Part shown: one piece after another, positions 1 through 12,267 of the stretch | Layout of the letters: each line of letters starts with the position of its first letter | How positions within the stretch are numbered: position 1 is the first letter of the stretch | Source of the DNA: Ginglymostoma cirratum | Lineage: Eukaryota | Assembly (NCBI GenBank): GCA_024137785.1 | Contig: JAHRHZ010000019.1 | Span: forward strand, 1,024,155-1,069,314 | Length of the DNA stretch: 45,160 nucleotides | Direction: 5' to 3' | Made by a program: the position numbers and the translations under genes | The notes under the pieces: model-generated | The model's database searches: none | Seen by the model: the letters and a program-made list of their open reading frames with translations, nothing else | What the model was told of the DNA's origin: nothing

Positions 1-153
1 TGAACCTGAGCTCAGCTTAGTCCCCAGAGTGAATCCATCCCCGAAATCGCTCTCTATTACCTCCTAAATCTACTTGATCACAGACAGATCTCCAACTTGA
101 TCATTGAGCTAGAGGTTATTGCTGGAGGAGATTGCCATGTTATCTCTATTTAC

Positions 154-497
154 TGGTGACATTGAACAGGCTTCGGGTCCCATAGATTCTTCCCAGGACT
201 GAGCAGTAATAGACCCCAGTGTCACTGGGCTGCTCGTTTGTTATGATCAGAATGAAGCCATTACTGGCGTGTTCTCTGGAAGATTGCAATCCCTCAGTGA
301 ATCCTGGGCTCCATTACATGGAACCAGTTCATGGATGTGTTAAAATGTGCTCCATAATTTGCTGTATGGACAGCCAGTACCAGTGAACATCGATATATGT
401 CACTGTGGTGTTCCTCATGCCGCACTGTAACTGGGCAGTGTGACCCTCGGTGACATGTTCCAGGCTTGGAACTGGAGAAGGACTGGAACAGTGATAT
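154..497 (-). pseudogene. Germline-joined VJ-type Ig V-domain exon (copy 1), pseudogene
   Basis: Manual translation: (Y)ITVPVLLQ/PSLEHVTEGHTAQLQCGMRNTTVTYIDVHWYWLSIQQIMEHILTHP*TGSM*WSPGFTEGLQSSREHASNGFILIITNEQPSDTGVYYCSVLGRIYGTRSLFNVT, then gtaaat donor (phase 1). B-strand Cys, C-strand Trp, DxGxYYC and a J-like G strand are all in one exon. Lesions: two stops, a 1-nt deletion, and acceptor AG>AC by alignment to copy 2. Confidence 0.9.
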
Positions 498-574
498 GTT
501 TAAAGGAAAGGATAACAATAAATTTATTCGCAAAGTAGCAGATTCTCTGTACTGCCTTATTGAAAGGATCTGAC

Positions 575-611
575 AGGATGGTAGGAGTTTCCAGTTAAAC
601 AGAGAGAACAT
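575..611 (-). pseudogene. Probable leader (signal peptide) exon of VJ copy 1
   Basis: acaacATG reading MFSLFNWKLLPS + T|gtcaga, phase 1, 77-nt intron, joining in frame to the V exon start. A homologous ATG sits at the same distance upstream of copy 2. Confidence 0.6.
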
Positions 612-789
612 GTTGTTACACAAAATCATTGAGATGCATCTGTGACTGATTCAGATCAAACAAAATCCATCAACATAAACTGAAATAATTAAATAAACAG
701 TGTGTTAAATCATATTTCTCAACTCTCTTCAGAATCTCATCAACATTTTGACATGCCAACATCTCCTGATTGAAGATCAAAACCTACAT

Positions 790-995
790 GTACTTCCATC
801 TAGGACAAGTGCAGCAGAGACATAGGAACACCACCCACTGAAGATTCCAAGCCACTCACCATCCTGACTTGGGATTATATCGCCTATTCAGGGTAACTGG
901 GTGAAAATGCTGGAATTCCTTTCCTAAGGCCAATGTGGGTCTACCTACAGCAAATCGACTACAGCAGTTCAACAAGGCAGCTCACTCCAGTACTG
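790..995 (+). mobile_element. CR1-group LINE 3' fragment
   Basis: Matches the family at 19250-19465 and 44150-45160 (ccactcaccatcctgacttgg...cagcagttcaa). Confidence 0.7.
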
Positions 996-1589
996 GCCAC
1001 AACAACAACAATAATAATAATGACGCTGGTGATGACAGTATCAGTAGAACATTTAGAAATGTGTAATATGATCCAGAAGAGTCAGCATCACGTCATGGAG
1101 GATAAATAATGCCTGGCAAATTTGCTGTAATTCTTTGATGAGGTAAGAAGCAGAATAGATAAAGTGTCCAGTCAATGTATTTGGAATTGCAAAATGCTTT
1201 TGATGAGATCTCACACATTGGTCTACTTAATAAGATGAGAGTCCTTGGTGTTGGAGGTTGTATGAATAGAACATTGCCTAACTGAACAATGACAAAGGGA
1301 TGGGATAAAGGTGGTATTTTCAGGGTAGCAACCTGTAATTTATAAATTGCCACAGGGCTCAGTGCTGGGGCCGCAATTATTGACTATATATTAATGACTT
1401 GATGAGGAAAGTCAATCTACTGCAACAAAATTTGTGGATGGCACAAAAATAAATGGGAAAGCAAGTGAAAAATGACACAATGAGTCTGCATAGGGCTATA
1501 GACAGGGTCAGTGAGTGGGCAAGAAGTTGGCAGATGGAATACAATGCTGGTAAATATAAGGTAAAGCACTCTGGCAGGCAGAATATGAT

Positions 1590-1905
1590 TTTTGTTCCCC
1601 ATTCAGGATCTCAACATGGGTGGATAAGCCAGCATTTATTGCCCATGGGGCTGTTAAGAGTTGGTGTTGTTATTGTGGGTTTGGAGTCACATGTAGGGCA
1701 AACTAATAAGGGCACCAATGAATCAGTTGGGCTTCTCCATAACAACTGTTTCATGGTCACCATTAGACTCTTAATTCCAGATTTTTGAAGAATTAAAATA
1801 CCAACATTTTCCATGCAGGGATTTGAACATGGACTCTCAGAACATGACCTGGGTCTTTGGATTAATAATCTAGTGATGATGCCATTTGGTGATTGCCTCC
1901 CATGC
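1590..1905 (-). mobile_element. tRNA-derived SINE with CR1-like tail
   Basis: Reverse complement matches the copies at 4295-4650 and 34646-34980 (B-box-like gttcaaatcc; ctacatgtgactcc; gggcaataaatgctgg tail). Confidence 0.8.
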
Positions 1906-2469
1906 GGAGAAAGACTGCTGACAGTCCAGCACAGAGGGACTGGGAGGGTTGAAGAATGTATATGAATCACTGTAAGCTAGCATCAAAAGGTCAGCAGAGA
2001 GCAGGGAGGCCAGATGGAATGGTGGCCTTTATTTCAAAGGAAATGGAGGATACAAAAAGGGAGACTTTGCTACAACTATACAAGACACTAATTAGACCAG
2101 ATCTGGAATATTATGGGCAGTTTGGGGTCCTTTACCTGAGGAATGATACACTGACATTGAAGGCAGTCCAGGGAAGGCTCACTCAGTTGATCTTGGGTGT
2201 GGAGGGATATTTTTGTGAAGAGATGGTGAGTGGTGGAGCCTGTACCTATCTGAGTTTAGGAGAATGTGAGAAGATCTTAGTGAAACATAAAAGATTGTTA
2301 GGGGGGCTTGACAAAGTCGATGCAGAGAGGTAGTTTTGTGGGAGTCTTGGGCTAGAGGGTCACGAGACAGAGATGAGGAGGATTTTCTTCTGTCAGTAGG
2401 TGGTAAATCTGTTGAACTCTCTATCGCAGAGAACTGTCATGGCTGGGTTATTTTGTATATTCTAAGTAG

Positions 2470-2705
2470 AAAATCATACAACACCAGACTATAGTCCAGC
2501 TGATTTATTTGAAATCACAAGCTTTTGGAGCGCTGCTCCTTTGTCAGGTGAAATGAAGGGTGCTTGTGTGCCTTCCTTCACTTCACCTGATGAAGGATTA
2601 GTGCCCCGTAAGCTTGTGATTTCAAATAAACATGTTGGACTATAATGTGGTGTAGTGTGATTTCTGACTTTATCCACTCCGGTCCAACACCAGCATCTCC
2701 ACATC
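2470..2705. mobile_element. Palindromic Penelope pLTR-derived mini-element (family B) with degenerate hammerhead-like cores
   Basis: Arms ~2478-2555 and ~2581-2658 are reverse complements. CACCTGATGAAGG...agcttgtgatttcaaataaa on the + arm, with a degenerate equivalent on the - arm. Confidence 0.75.
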
Positions 2706-3429
2706 ATGAATATATTCAAGGCTGAAATAGACAGTGAGGGAGTCAAGGGTGTTGGGGAAAAGGCAGGAAAGTGTGTTGACGGTTATCAGATCAGTCATGA
2801 TCCCATTGAATAATGGAGCAGACTAGATGGGGAAAATGGCCTATTTCTATTCCTCAATTGTATTATCTTATTACAATATCCAATCTCATTATAGAACAGG
2901 CATTGCTGTCCTCAGAACTATGACCCTAAATTCTCACAATTGTTCCACTGTCATGCACACAGAGCTCCTGACTATTCACTGGCACTCAGTATCGCCTGAC
3001 TACTAACTGACCCTGTGCTCCAATGTACGCAGGAGTTGCAGAGACTCCCAGGGTCCAGCTTCTCACACTCACACTTCACACACCAGCTTTCAAACACCTT
3101 GTCCCAAACTATCCTGCCATCCATCTCAGATTCATGAATACTGCCATATTACCTTTCCCCAAATCAGGAAAGGGCTGGAAAAATATTTATCCCCAAATAA
3201 TTATCTTCATCAGCCTGATCCTTAACATTTTCTCCAACCAGCACATCCCACTGCCTCCCCCACCCCTACCCACACACTCCACACCCCCCCCACCATGGCC
3301 TCATAAACGTAGACTCATTTTTGGGGACTGGTTTGGCCAGATTAATGCTGATAACCCACAATTACAGAATGTCCAAAGGAGGTTCTAGATAAAGAACAGT
3401 TCCAGGAACAGGCTTCTGAGATCTTTCCA

Positions 3430-5020
3430 TCATATAAAGGAACCAGAGTGATGTTAAGAAAATCCATCAATAAGGGTTGATGAGACACCACAAACAAATG
3501 AAAGGGTGTCTGAAACTTTCCTGGAAGATGAAGATAAGTCAGAGGGAAGTTTTGCTCTGATGTCTCGAACTGAGGATCAGAAAGAATGAAATAAATTCAC
3601 AGTCAGCTCCTGCTTAGATAGGGACTGAAGAAGTTCCAGAGCACTATTGTTTGAGGAGTGGAATGTTGTTGAGGAAGTAGAGAGACTCTAATGAGCCCAA
3701 AGATGAGGAATGGATGGTTATACATCAGATAGTGGCATCACACAGCTATAGAAGTGAGATATTGCAATTGAAATTTCCAAGGCAGGACATTTGGAGATCT
3801 GAAAGGTTCAGGCCCCTATGTACAGGTATTTTGTATCTGGCCACAGTTGTAGAAAGATTTAGTGAAGTTGAGTACAACATGCCATATTTNNNNNNNNNNA
3901 ATTTCTGAGGAACCATTCAGCTGTATACTAATGGATTGTGTAGGACCAAAACCTAAACCAAAACCTGCAAGTGAATCTATCCTTCCCATTATGGAAATAA
4001 TTCTTTTGATTTCCAGAGGCCAACCCCTTAAGAACAATCAGAGCTAAGGTGGCAGTGGAGATATTTTCACCCATTATGGTCTACCAATGGACGTACAGGC
4101 CGATCACGAATCAAACTTTACGTCAAACGTTTTTCAGCATATCCTCAGTAACTTGGGGATAAAATGCCTGAAACCATCTCCATGCCATCCAAAGACCCAA
4201 GGTTCTTTGGAAAGGTCTCATCAGACTCTAAATAAACTGTAATGGAAGCCTATTGTTAGGAGTGTCCAAAGGATCGGGACAAAGGGCTAGATTGAGTGGA
4301 AGGAATAGCCTAGTGTGTTATTGCTAGATTGATATCCCAGAGACCCAGATAATGTTCTGGGGACCCTCATTCGAATCCAGCCACAGCAGATGGCAGAATT
4401 TGAATTCAATGCATTTCTATAATTAAGAGTCTAATGATACCCTTAAATCTATTGCCAATTGTTGGAAAACCCATCTTGGTCACTAATGCTCTTTCGGGAT
4501 GGAAATTTCCATCCTTACCTGGTCTGGCCTACATATGACTCCAGACCCACAGCAATGTGGTTGACTTTTAACTGGCCTTGGGGCAATTAGGGATGGCAAT
4601 AAAAGTTGCCTAACCAGTGATGCTCTCTTCCCATGAATGGATAAAGAAAAATCTCTAACTTGCAATCGGAGATTGCCCAAATGAATCCTTTGGCTTCAGT
4701 CCATTTGAATGAGTGGATGGCCATAAATTGGAGTAAGAGGACCATTAAAACAGATTCAAGATAAATTTCTCAGCCAGGAAAATGAGTCTTCAATGTTAGA
4801 GAATGTGCCCACATTTCCAGAGAGGTTTACAGGAACATGTAGCTGAAGCTGAGTGGAAGCACGTTGAAAACTGAACAAAACAAAATGGCAGCATAGGCAG
4901 ACAAACATGGGACGACTAAAAATTTTAAAGCAGCAGATGAGGTTTTGGAATTTGCTGTAGACCAGACCAAACACCTTCAAAAATATTAATAAGATAGTCT
5001 AGATGCTAACTATTTCTTAT
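3430..5020 (+). mobile_element. Gypsy (Gmr1-like) integrase fragment, interrupted by a SINE
   Basis: VIHQIVASHSYRSEILQL, EEPFSCILMDCVGP, YGLPMDVQADHESNFTS...HPKTQGSLERSHQTL (DDE core). 10-N gap at 3890-3899. Confidence 0.8.
4295..4650 (+). mobile_element. tRNA-derived SINE with CR1-like tail
   Basis: gcctagtg...ttcgaatcc head; tail gggcaattagggatggcaataaa...cccatgaatg. Confidence 0.85.
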
Positions 5021-5033
5021 TTTAAAGTTAAGT

Positions 5034-5590
5034 TGTGCTATGCTCCAGACGTAATTTGATTAGTTGAACTACTAGACTTTAAGCAAATCACGTTATTTTT
5101 AACACTAAAGTTAAAATACACACAAAATAAAAATAAAAGAAAGAATTTGCTTAACTGCAACTCTATCAAAATGCTTAATAGACGCTAAAATGCTAAATAT
5201 TAACTATTACTAATTATCTGTTCCAACATCCCATAAACACGTCCTTGGCAAAGGCAAATGTAGTAAAATAGATTGTCTCAAATGCAATTATAGCAGGAAG
5301 AAAAGAACACCAGCTTTTAGCTGTAATAGAGAAAGGAATAAGAACTTTCACATCCAGTGTCAAGACCTCAGTAACTACAGAAAGTTAAAACTCAAAAACC
5401 TGATTCTGTGAGAGCTTGGCCCCACCCATTCAGGCTACTCCTGTTGTTCCAACTTTATTAAAAAAATCTCAGGAGCTTACAATCTGTTTAATCCGTTGCC
5501 TTGAGCAGACTGCTCATCACAGCTGTCCCAAACCTTCCTAACAAAAATGACAAGGACAAGATGCACCTCTCAAAGCCATAGAATTGTCAC
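5034..5590 (-). repeat. 3' LTR of the Gmr1-type element
   Basis: Follows the PPT (plus-strand ctctcccctcc, 5590-5600) and ends ...gcaca. Segment 5224-5400 aligns with a diverged copy at 8590-8778. Confidence 0.7.
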
Positions 5591-6470
5591 TCTCCCCTCC
5601 TTAAAAATATGAATGATCATTATACAAAGGTGGCTTCATTTTTAAAACCGTTGATCGCGCACTGTTAGTGCACTATATTACTAATAAATTACATTGAAAC
5701 TAAGCTTGCAAACATTCACCACTACAATCCATTTCAGTTTTGATTTTACCCACCACCAAATGCCTCCATCTTCCATTGTCAAAGTTGTCACAATGCGTCG
5801 GCAATTATTTTCCCTCATCCTGTTACGTGCGTAAGTTTTAAATTGAATGGCTGCAATAATAAACTCTGTTTCAACAGTCTGAAAATTTCATCCTTAAATC
5901 TGTCGAAAAATTTTAAGGGCTTATGATCCATACACAATTGTTTCAGATACATTCCTAGTAATATATATGTTGAAATGTTGCAAGGCCAACACTATTCTTA
6001 AGGACTTCTTCTCAACTGTGGAATATGTACGTCAATGAACATTCAATTTTCTGGAAAAATACTCAGTAAGTCTTTTTTTTAATCACCTCAGCATATTTGT
6101 GCAAGTGTACGGCACTGACACCCACATCATTTGCATCAATAGCCACCTTGAATGTTTTGCATAATTAAGTATGGCTAGCACTCGGGCTGTGGTTAACACT
6201 TTCAGGCGGTCAAATGCCTTCTGATATTTCTCCATCTACTGAAATTCTCTGCTCTTCTTCAACAAGTCAGTCAGCAACCACACTGTTAAAATTCAGTGCA
6301 AACTTCTGAAAAAAAAAAACACTCAATCCCAGGAATGGTAGTACGTCCCTCCTCATCAATGGTACGGGAAACTCCCCAATAACCTTTGATTTCACATGCA
6401 GCCATCTTCCCATGCCCAATAACATGGCCAAAGAACATGGCTTGGGCTTTGCAAACTTACTCTTAATCAG

Positions 6471-7180
6471 AGATAACAAGCATGGGGCTGGATGAACACA
6501 GCAGGTCAAGCAGCATCATAGGAGCAGGAAAACTTGATGTTTCGGGCCTAAACCCTTCATCAGAAATGGGGGAGGGGAAGAGGGTTCTGAAATAAATAGG
6601 GAGAGAGGGGGAGGCGGATAGAAGATGTATAGAGGAGCGGATAGGTGGAGAGGAGGCAGACAAGTCGAAGAGGCGGGGATGGAGCCAGTAAAGGTGAGTG
6701 TAGGTGGGGGCGGTAGCGAGGAGATAGGTCTTGATTGAAGTGCCTGGAGATGCCTGCGCATTGCTGCAAGTGTGTGTTTCAGGAGTCGCAGGGAGAAGCG
6801 CTTCTGGAGGGTCTCAATGTTCTCCATGTAGATATTGTCACGGTTGGGGCCAAATTGGGAAGGCTTGAATGTGGATTGTAGTCCATTGGGGATGATCTGG
6901 TTCCGTAGGTAGGTACTAAGAAAGGTGATGTGGCTGTAGTACCTGGTTTGCTTCAGGACGTGGTCGAGCAGTTTCAAGGCCGAAGAGATTATGAGAGAGT
7001 TGCAGTGGGAGAGAGATTCCCTGAGGTTTGTCCGGAGGGAGGAGGGTAACTTCTTCAGGGTAGGCATCCTTAGAAGAGGCTTCACAGTTGGGTTAAAATT
7101 GTATCAGAGATAAAAGGTACTGCAGATGCTGGAGAATCCGAGATAACAAGCATGGGGCTGGATGAACACAGCAGGTCAAG
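6471..7180 (-). mobile_element. Internally deleted Penelope-like element (pLTR - ORF N-terminus - pLTR) inserted in Gypsy RT
   Basis: Direct terminal repeats 6471-6510 and 7141-7180. ORF 6516-7085 begins with the PLE N-terminal motif SHITFLSTYLRNQIIPNGL and is fused to the 3' pLTR. Flanked by ATCAG duplication. Hammerhead-like core on - at ~6533-6565. Confidence 0.85.
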
Positions 7181-9029
7181 ATCAGGTTTGTCATGAAACC
7201 CACTTCCTGAAATTGATCAAATAATTCCAATAAATGCTCCAAATGTCAATGTACACCACACAATTGGGTAATCCTGAACTGATTTGAGTGGGTAGTCTTT
7301 GAAACGTTGCTGGTGCAGTTTTTGTACCAAATGGCATGATTTTAAATTGGTACAGTCCATTTGGTGTCACGAAAGCCAAAATTTCATTCACTCTTTCAGT
7401 CAAGGTACTTGCCCTTATCCACTGAATAAGTCCAACTTAGAAATATAAGTTCCTTGTCCCACTTTTCCAAAACAGTCTTCCAAACAAAGAATAAGATATG
7501 AAAAAGATTTTGTAACTACATTGACTTTGCGATAGTGCACACATAATCATTGGGGACCATCTGTTTACTGCACCGTTACTATGGGTGAACTCCAGTCACT
7601 GCAACTCACTTCAATTATGTTGTTTTTGAGCATGCATTCATTCTCTTTTGAACCTGTGCCAACTTTCAGCAGTCAAGTCAATAAGGATGTTGTTTAATTG
7701 GAACAGCATTTCCTATATTTCTTTCATTTGTAATTAGGTTAGTATTTGCCAGCTTATTCCCAAGTATGTCTCCCTGTGATTGTAATATCTCTTTCAGGTA
7801 ATTTTGATTTTCCTCTGAAAAGTAACTCAATAATTTATCTCAAAGTTTGAGAACTTCCTCATTATCCAATTTAATTCGAGGAATGTCCACTTCATAATCA
7901 CCTGAACTTGGTTCTTCACCCTGTCTTGTAACCAGTAACACAGACTCCTTTTGCTTTCCTTCCCTATCAAAACACCTTTTGAGTAAATTCACATGACACA
8001 TTCTGTGAGATTTCTCTCTACCTGGTGTTCTTATCAAATAATTCACCTCACTCAATCTCTTTTAGGTTTTGTAAGGCCTATTAAATTTTGCTTTTAAAGA
8101 TTCACCTCTCACTGGTGGTAACATTAACTTTTAATTTCCACTTGAAAAATTGCAAAATTTTGATTTCTAGTCAGCTTCCTGTTTCATCACATGCTGTGCT
8201 ACTTTTAAAAGGTGTTTAACCAACTCACCTGCTCTATTTAATCTTTCACTAAAATTCCCTAAAACATAATCCAAACATATGCCTTTGAACTCTGAATTGC
8301 CAACTTTTCCTAAATGAATTTCAGTGTTCATCTCACCTCATGCCGTAAAACCTAATTCAAGTGGACTGAATTGAGTTGATTCATTAGGTACATTCCTATT
8401 TGCAAAAATTACAAGTGGAATTTCTTTATCCCAATCCTTTGGATAGTCTTGATAATAAGCCCTCAAATGTTTGATGCCACCATTCTAGTGCTGTCTGTGA
8501 TTCTGAATGGTACATAGTGGCTTTAAAGTGTTTAATTCCAAAGCTATCTATAGCTTCCTTGAATAGCTTTGATGTATGCTGGATCTGATTGTAACATCCT
8601 ATAAACACACCCTTGGCAAAAACAAGTTCAGTGAAATAGATTGTCTCACATACAATTCTCGCAGCACAAAGAGCACCCCAGCTTCTAGCTGGAACAGAGA
8701 AAGGAATAATTGGTTCCACATCAAGCTTCAAGACCCCAGCAACTGCAGAAAGCTAAAACTCAAAATTCCCTTTCTCTGAACAGTCCTAAACTATCACCTC
8801 TCATCAGGAGAAACTGTTTTATATGTCTAATACCCTCCAGGATTCCGTGAATTGAAACATGAAGGCTTTAAAGCAATATGTCTTTCTCCCAAATAGAAAA
8901 CAATCCAATTCTATCAAACAGAAAGAACCTTAATGATTTCAACGTTCTGCTCACAAAATCTCTCCCACTGAAAACAAATTCCCATTTGCACTCTAAGAAC
9001 TATCAGATTGATTTTTTTAAAAATGGTAC

Positions 9030-9330
9030 CATGAGGGAGTAAGTTTAAGATAAGATAGGAAAGATTTCAAAGGGACCTGAGGAGCAACATTTTCACTCAG
9101 AGGGTGGTGTGTGTATTGAACAAGCTGCCAGAGGAAGTGGTGGAGGGGGGTACAATGACAACATTTGAAAGGCATCTGGATGGGTATATGAACAGGAAGG
9201 GGTTAGAGGGATGAGAGTCAATGCTGGCAAATAGGACTGGATCAGTTTAAGACATTTGGCCAGGTGGATGAGTTGGAATGAAGGGTCTGTTTCCGTGCGG
9301 TTTGACTCCATGACTCTCGGACTCTATAAT
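9030..9330 (+). mobile_element. CR1 LINE 3' end fragment
   Basis: ..ggcatctggatgggtatatgaacaggaaggg..; tail (atgactct)-like repeats. Confidence 0.8.
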
Positions 9331-10084
9331 CCCAGAAATATTGACATTATCATCTTTAAATCCACTCTCACACGCAGAGACCAAAACCTACATGTCACTC
9401 ATTCAAAATCCAAATCCCAAACTAATTGATATTAAAATCATATAGAAACCATACACCTCACGTCACAGCGTTTAGACTCTAATGGAGGGAGTGCTCTTGT
9501 AATCAAGCACCAACTAATCACAAGCCACACTAAATGTGTCATCAAATCAAAAATACGGCCAATTTATCTCTCATCTGTGCTCCAGTTCAAAGTAAAAAAT
9601 AGTTCATTAAGGACCTCAAAAATAACTTATTTGTTATCACCAAGATAGATTCTTGAAACAAGCAGAAAATGTCATTAGCAGTTGCATTTCTATCTGGGAT
9701 TAAACTATATCCGATCAATCTCAAACATATATTCATTCACAGACAAGGTAACATGGCTATGTAGAAATAGCTCAGGCTGATTTTTAATCAAAGAATGCCT
9801 TAAACAAAGACCATCCCAGTGGGGCAAGGAAATCACATTAGAAAGTAGAATGTGTTGGCTTCTCAGAGTTCTGTCAATTTCTAGACAATGACACTGATTC
9901 CTGAAAGTTATACAATGATGAGAGATCTTCTGACTATCCCTCAGATTCCGATGGGAACTAGTCAGAAATCCCGATATTGGAAACCTTATCTTTACAAATC
10001 CATTATGAAAAGATCTCATTAGCTTTTGGCCTGTCTTTTACTGACTGATAGGGAGAAATCGTGCAGCTGGTCCTACTTGAAGCT

Positions 10085-10562
10085 GAGATAACAAGCATGG
10101 GGCTGGATGAACACACAGCAGGTTAGGGAGGTCCCCCAACCGCATTCCAAAACCAGCCTAGCTCATTTCCACCTCCCTAACCTGTTTTTCCTCTCACCTC
10201 AAGCCACACCCCCATCTCCTATCTACTAACATCATCCCGCCCCTTTGACCTGTCCGTCCTCCCTGGACTGACCTATCTCCCCCCTACCCTCCCACCTACA
10301 CTCACCTTTACTGGCTCCATCCCCGCCTCTTCGACTTGTCTGCCTCCTTTCCACCTATCCTCTCCTCTATCCATCCTCTATCCGCCTCCCCCTCTCTCCC
10401 TATTTATTTCAGAACCCTCTTCCCCTCCCCCATTTCTGATGAAGGGTCTAGGCCCAAAACGTCAAGTTTTCCTGCTCCTATGATGCTGCTTGACCTGCTG
10501 TGTTCATCCAGCCCCATGCTTGTTATGTCGGATTCTCCAGCATCTGCAGGACCTTTTATCTC
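10085..10562 (+). mobile_element. Penelope pLTR with short inverted 5' piece and 14-bp TSD
   Basis: TSD tcctacttgaagct at 10071-10084 and 10563-10576. 10085-10124 is the inverse of ~10492-10530. Hammerhead core CTGATGA at 10436 with GAAA mutated to AAAA. Confidence 0.85.
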
Positions 10563-11846
10563 TCCTACTTGAAGCTTCCTTCTTTTTTAATATCAGAAGA
10601 GAGGTCAGCCTAACAATTTTACTTCAGCTGCTCATCTTTCAGTCTGTGAGAGCACACAACTTGCACCCAGAAACTGTTGTTCGGCTGCATTCAAAATCAG
10701 TCAGTCCAGCAGCTCAGCAATAAAACCCATTGTTTATCTTTTCTTGACATTCTTGATTGATTCGAAATTTTTTGAACTTAGTAAACCACAATAGATTTTT
10801 GTTTCTTCAGATCCAAGAGATCACGTGGTAATCCGTCTTCAAACAAGGAATGTGGAAACAATTCCACATTCCAGTTTCTCACAGTCCATATATTTTTATG
10901 TCGACCTAATATGGGTTTCTGTTCTGTGTTTTCTTTTTACAACAGAACTTTAAGGGGGGGGCAGGGGGAGGTCTTATGTTCCCTGATAAATTTAATGACT
11001 TTTTTCAGCTAAATCTGCTCCTGCACACCTGTTAGAATTGCACTTTCAAATAAAACTGTCTCCACTGATCCTATTTCTCCATCCAATCTGAGTATATTCA
11101 TGTCTGTCTGCATTACATCTGATTTCCTATTGTCTGCCCTCTCCCGCACAATGGGGCAAGTAGAAAGTCCCAGAAACTACCTGACCCAGGATGCAGACTG
11201 AAGCCAGGTTCACAGCAATATCCAACACGAAGCTCCAGCTCATTATGTTGGAAAATCCCAGATTACAACGATCACTCTTCCCTAGTCACATGGCTGGGAT
11301 GACTGGAGTATAATGTAGAATAATAACTCTGTCTCATCTTCAATCCCAGTCTTATCCGCGGAAGCTCACGAAGACTGCGGTCCTCCCCTTGCTCTGTGCT
11401 CAATGTGGAGTGGTTCCCTTTAACCTGGACCAAATCAATTTTCTCTCGAATGGAGAGAGAGACGTGTGTACCTCTGCGTGCTCCATTGTTCATTCAAAAT
11501 CTCTGGGAGATTTCCTGCAGATGTGGCACCTCACAGAGCAATCGCCCTGACTGTCCTCACCCAGCCTGATGGCACTGACACTCTTGTGAGTTGAATGGAA
11601 TTAATATCACTCATTATCCAGGATAGAGCTTCATATTTCCCACAAAATCCTCCTCCCATTGTCATAAAAAAATCCCCTTTCTTCCACAGCCAACCAACAT
11701 TGAACTTCAGCTTGGCTTCCTCCCCACAGTGAATCCATCCCTGAGATCATTCCCCATCTCCTCCTCAAACTTCTTGATCACAATCTGATCCCCTATTCAT
11801 TCAAAAGATTACTGCTGGAGGAGATTGTCATGTAAATGCCACTTGC

Positions 11847-12190
11847 TCTCGACAATGGGCTGGCTTCCTTCACCAGTGACACCTTTAGAAACCCCACAGT
11901 AATAGACACCAGAGTCATTGGCCCGCACGTTTGTGATGGTCAGAATGAAGGCGTTGTTGGAGGGGTCTCTGGAAGACTGGAAACGCTTAGTTAACCTTGA
12001 GTACTTATATACACAATTCATTGTGGGATGTATGAAAATCCACTCCCTCTAATGCCCTGGTCGCTCCCGGCCCCAGTAAACATTGGTGTGTGTCATTGCT
12101 GCGTTCCTCACGGTGCACTGTAACCGGGCAGTGTGACCTCGGTGACACGTTCCAGGATCGGAGACTGGAAAAGGACTGTGTTATTTCAGC
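11847..12190 (-). pseudogene. Germline-joined VJ-type Ig V-domain exon (copy 2), pseudogene
   Basis: Acceptor ttttgttttattttgaag|. Translation: x*NNTVLFQSPILERVTE/HTARLQCTVRNAAMTHTNVYWGRERPGH*REWIFIHPTMNCVYKYSRLTKRFQSSRDPSNNAFILTITNVRANDSGVYYCGVSKGVTGEGSQPIVE|gcaagt. J-like GxGS strand present. Lesions: two stops, a 1-nt deletion, and a GC (or mutated GT) donor. Confidence 0.9.
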
Positions 12191-12267
12191 CTTCAAAATA
12201 AAACAAAATGAATAAATGAACAGCAGTCTGATTGATCCAAACCCTGCCAGGATTTAAAGGTTCCTCT

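Larger units (their letters stand above)
1050..2875 (+). mobile_element. Decayed CR1 LINE (RT to 3' end) with nested SINE and Penelope-derived insertions
   Basis: ORF pieces RAIDRVSEWARSWQMEYNAGK and LLQLYKTLIRPDLEYYGQF, followed by a CR1-type 3' UTR. Confidence 0.85.
5034..8780 (-). mobile_element. Gmr1-type Gypsy LTR retrotransposon (INT-RT-RNaseH order), internally deleted
   Basis: In sense order: LTR remnant (8590-8778), INT core (GIKHFKATMYHSESQTALEWWHQT, ~8300-8570), GPY/F-like region (NYLIRTPGREKSHRMCHVNLLK), RT ([30 protein letters not shown], ~7190-7700), RNaseH (FKVAIDANDVG, YSTVEKK), PPT ggaggggagag, 3' LTR. Confidence 0.85.

Noticed and set aside
401-407. RSS heptamer CACAGTG (minus strand) inside VJ copy 1; others e.g. 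near 11725
   Set aside because: It lies mid-domain or in the wrong orientation, with no nonamer at 12/23 spacing, so there is no evidence of V(D)J rearrangement signals.
294-629. 111-aa ORF and ORF 12005-12196 as genes
   Set aside because: They read through introns and into off-frames of the frameshifted V exons.
8780-10070. Possible older Gypsy gag/protease remnants
   Set aside because: Only faint motif similarity (LRDS, HVSIHGI); too decayed to call.
10660-11245. Leader-like MSWSFVLDIAVNLASVCILG plus acceptor at ~11030 and a vague V-like remnant (..NGFYC)
   Set aside because: It needs several frameshifts and stops, and the region looks equally like a plus-strand LTR remnant; not supportable.
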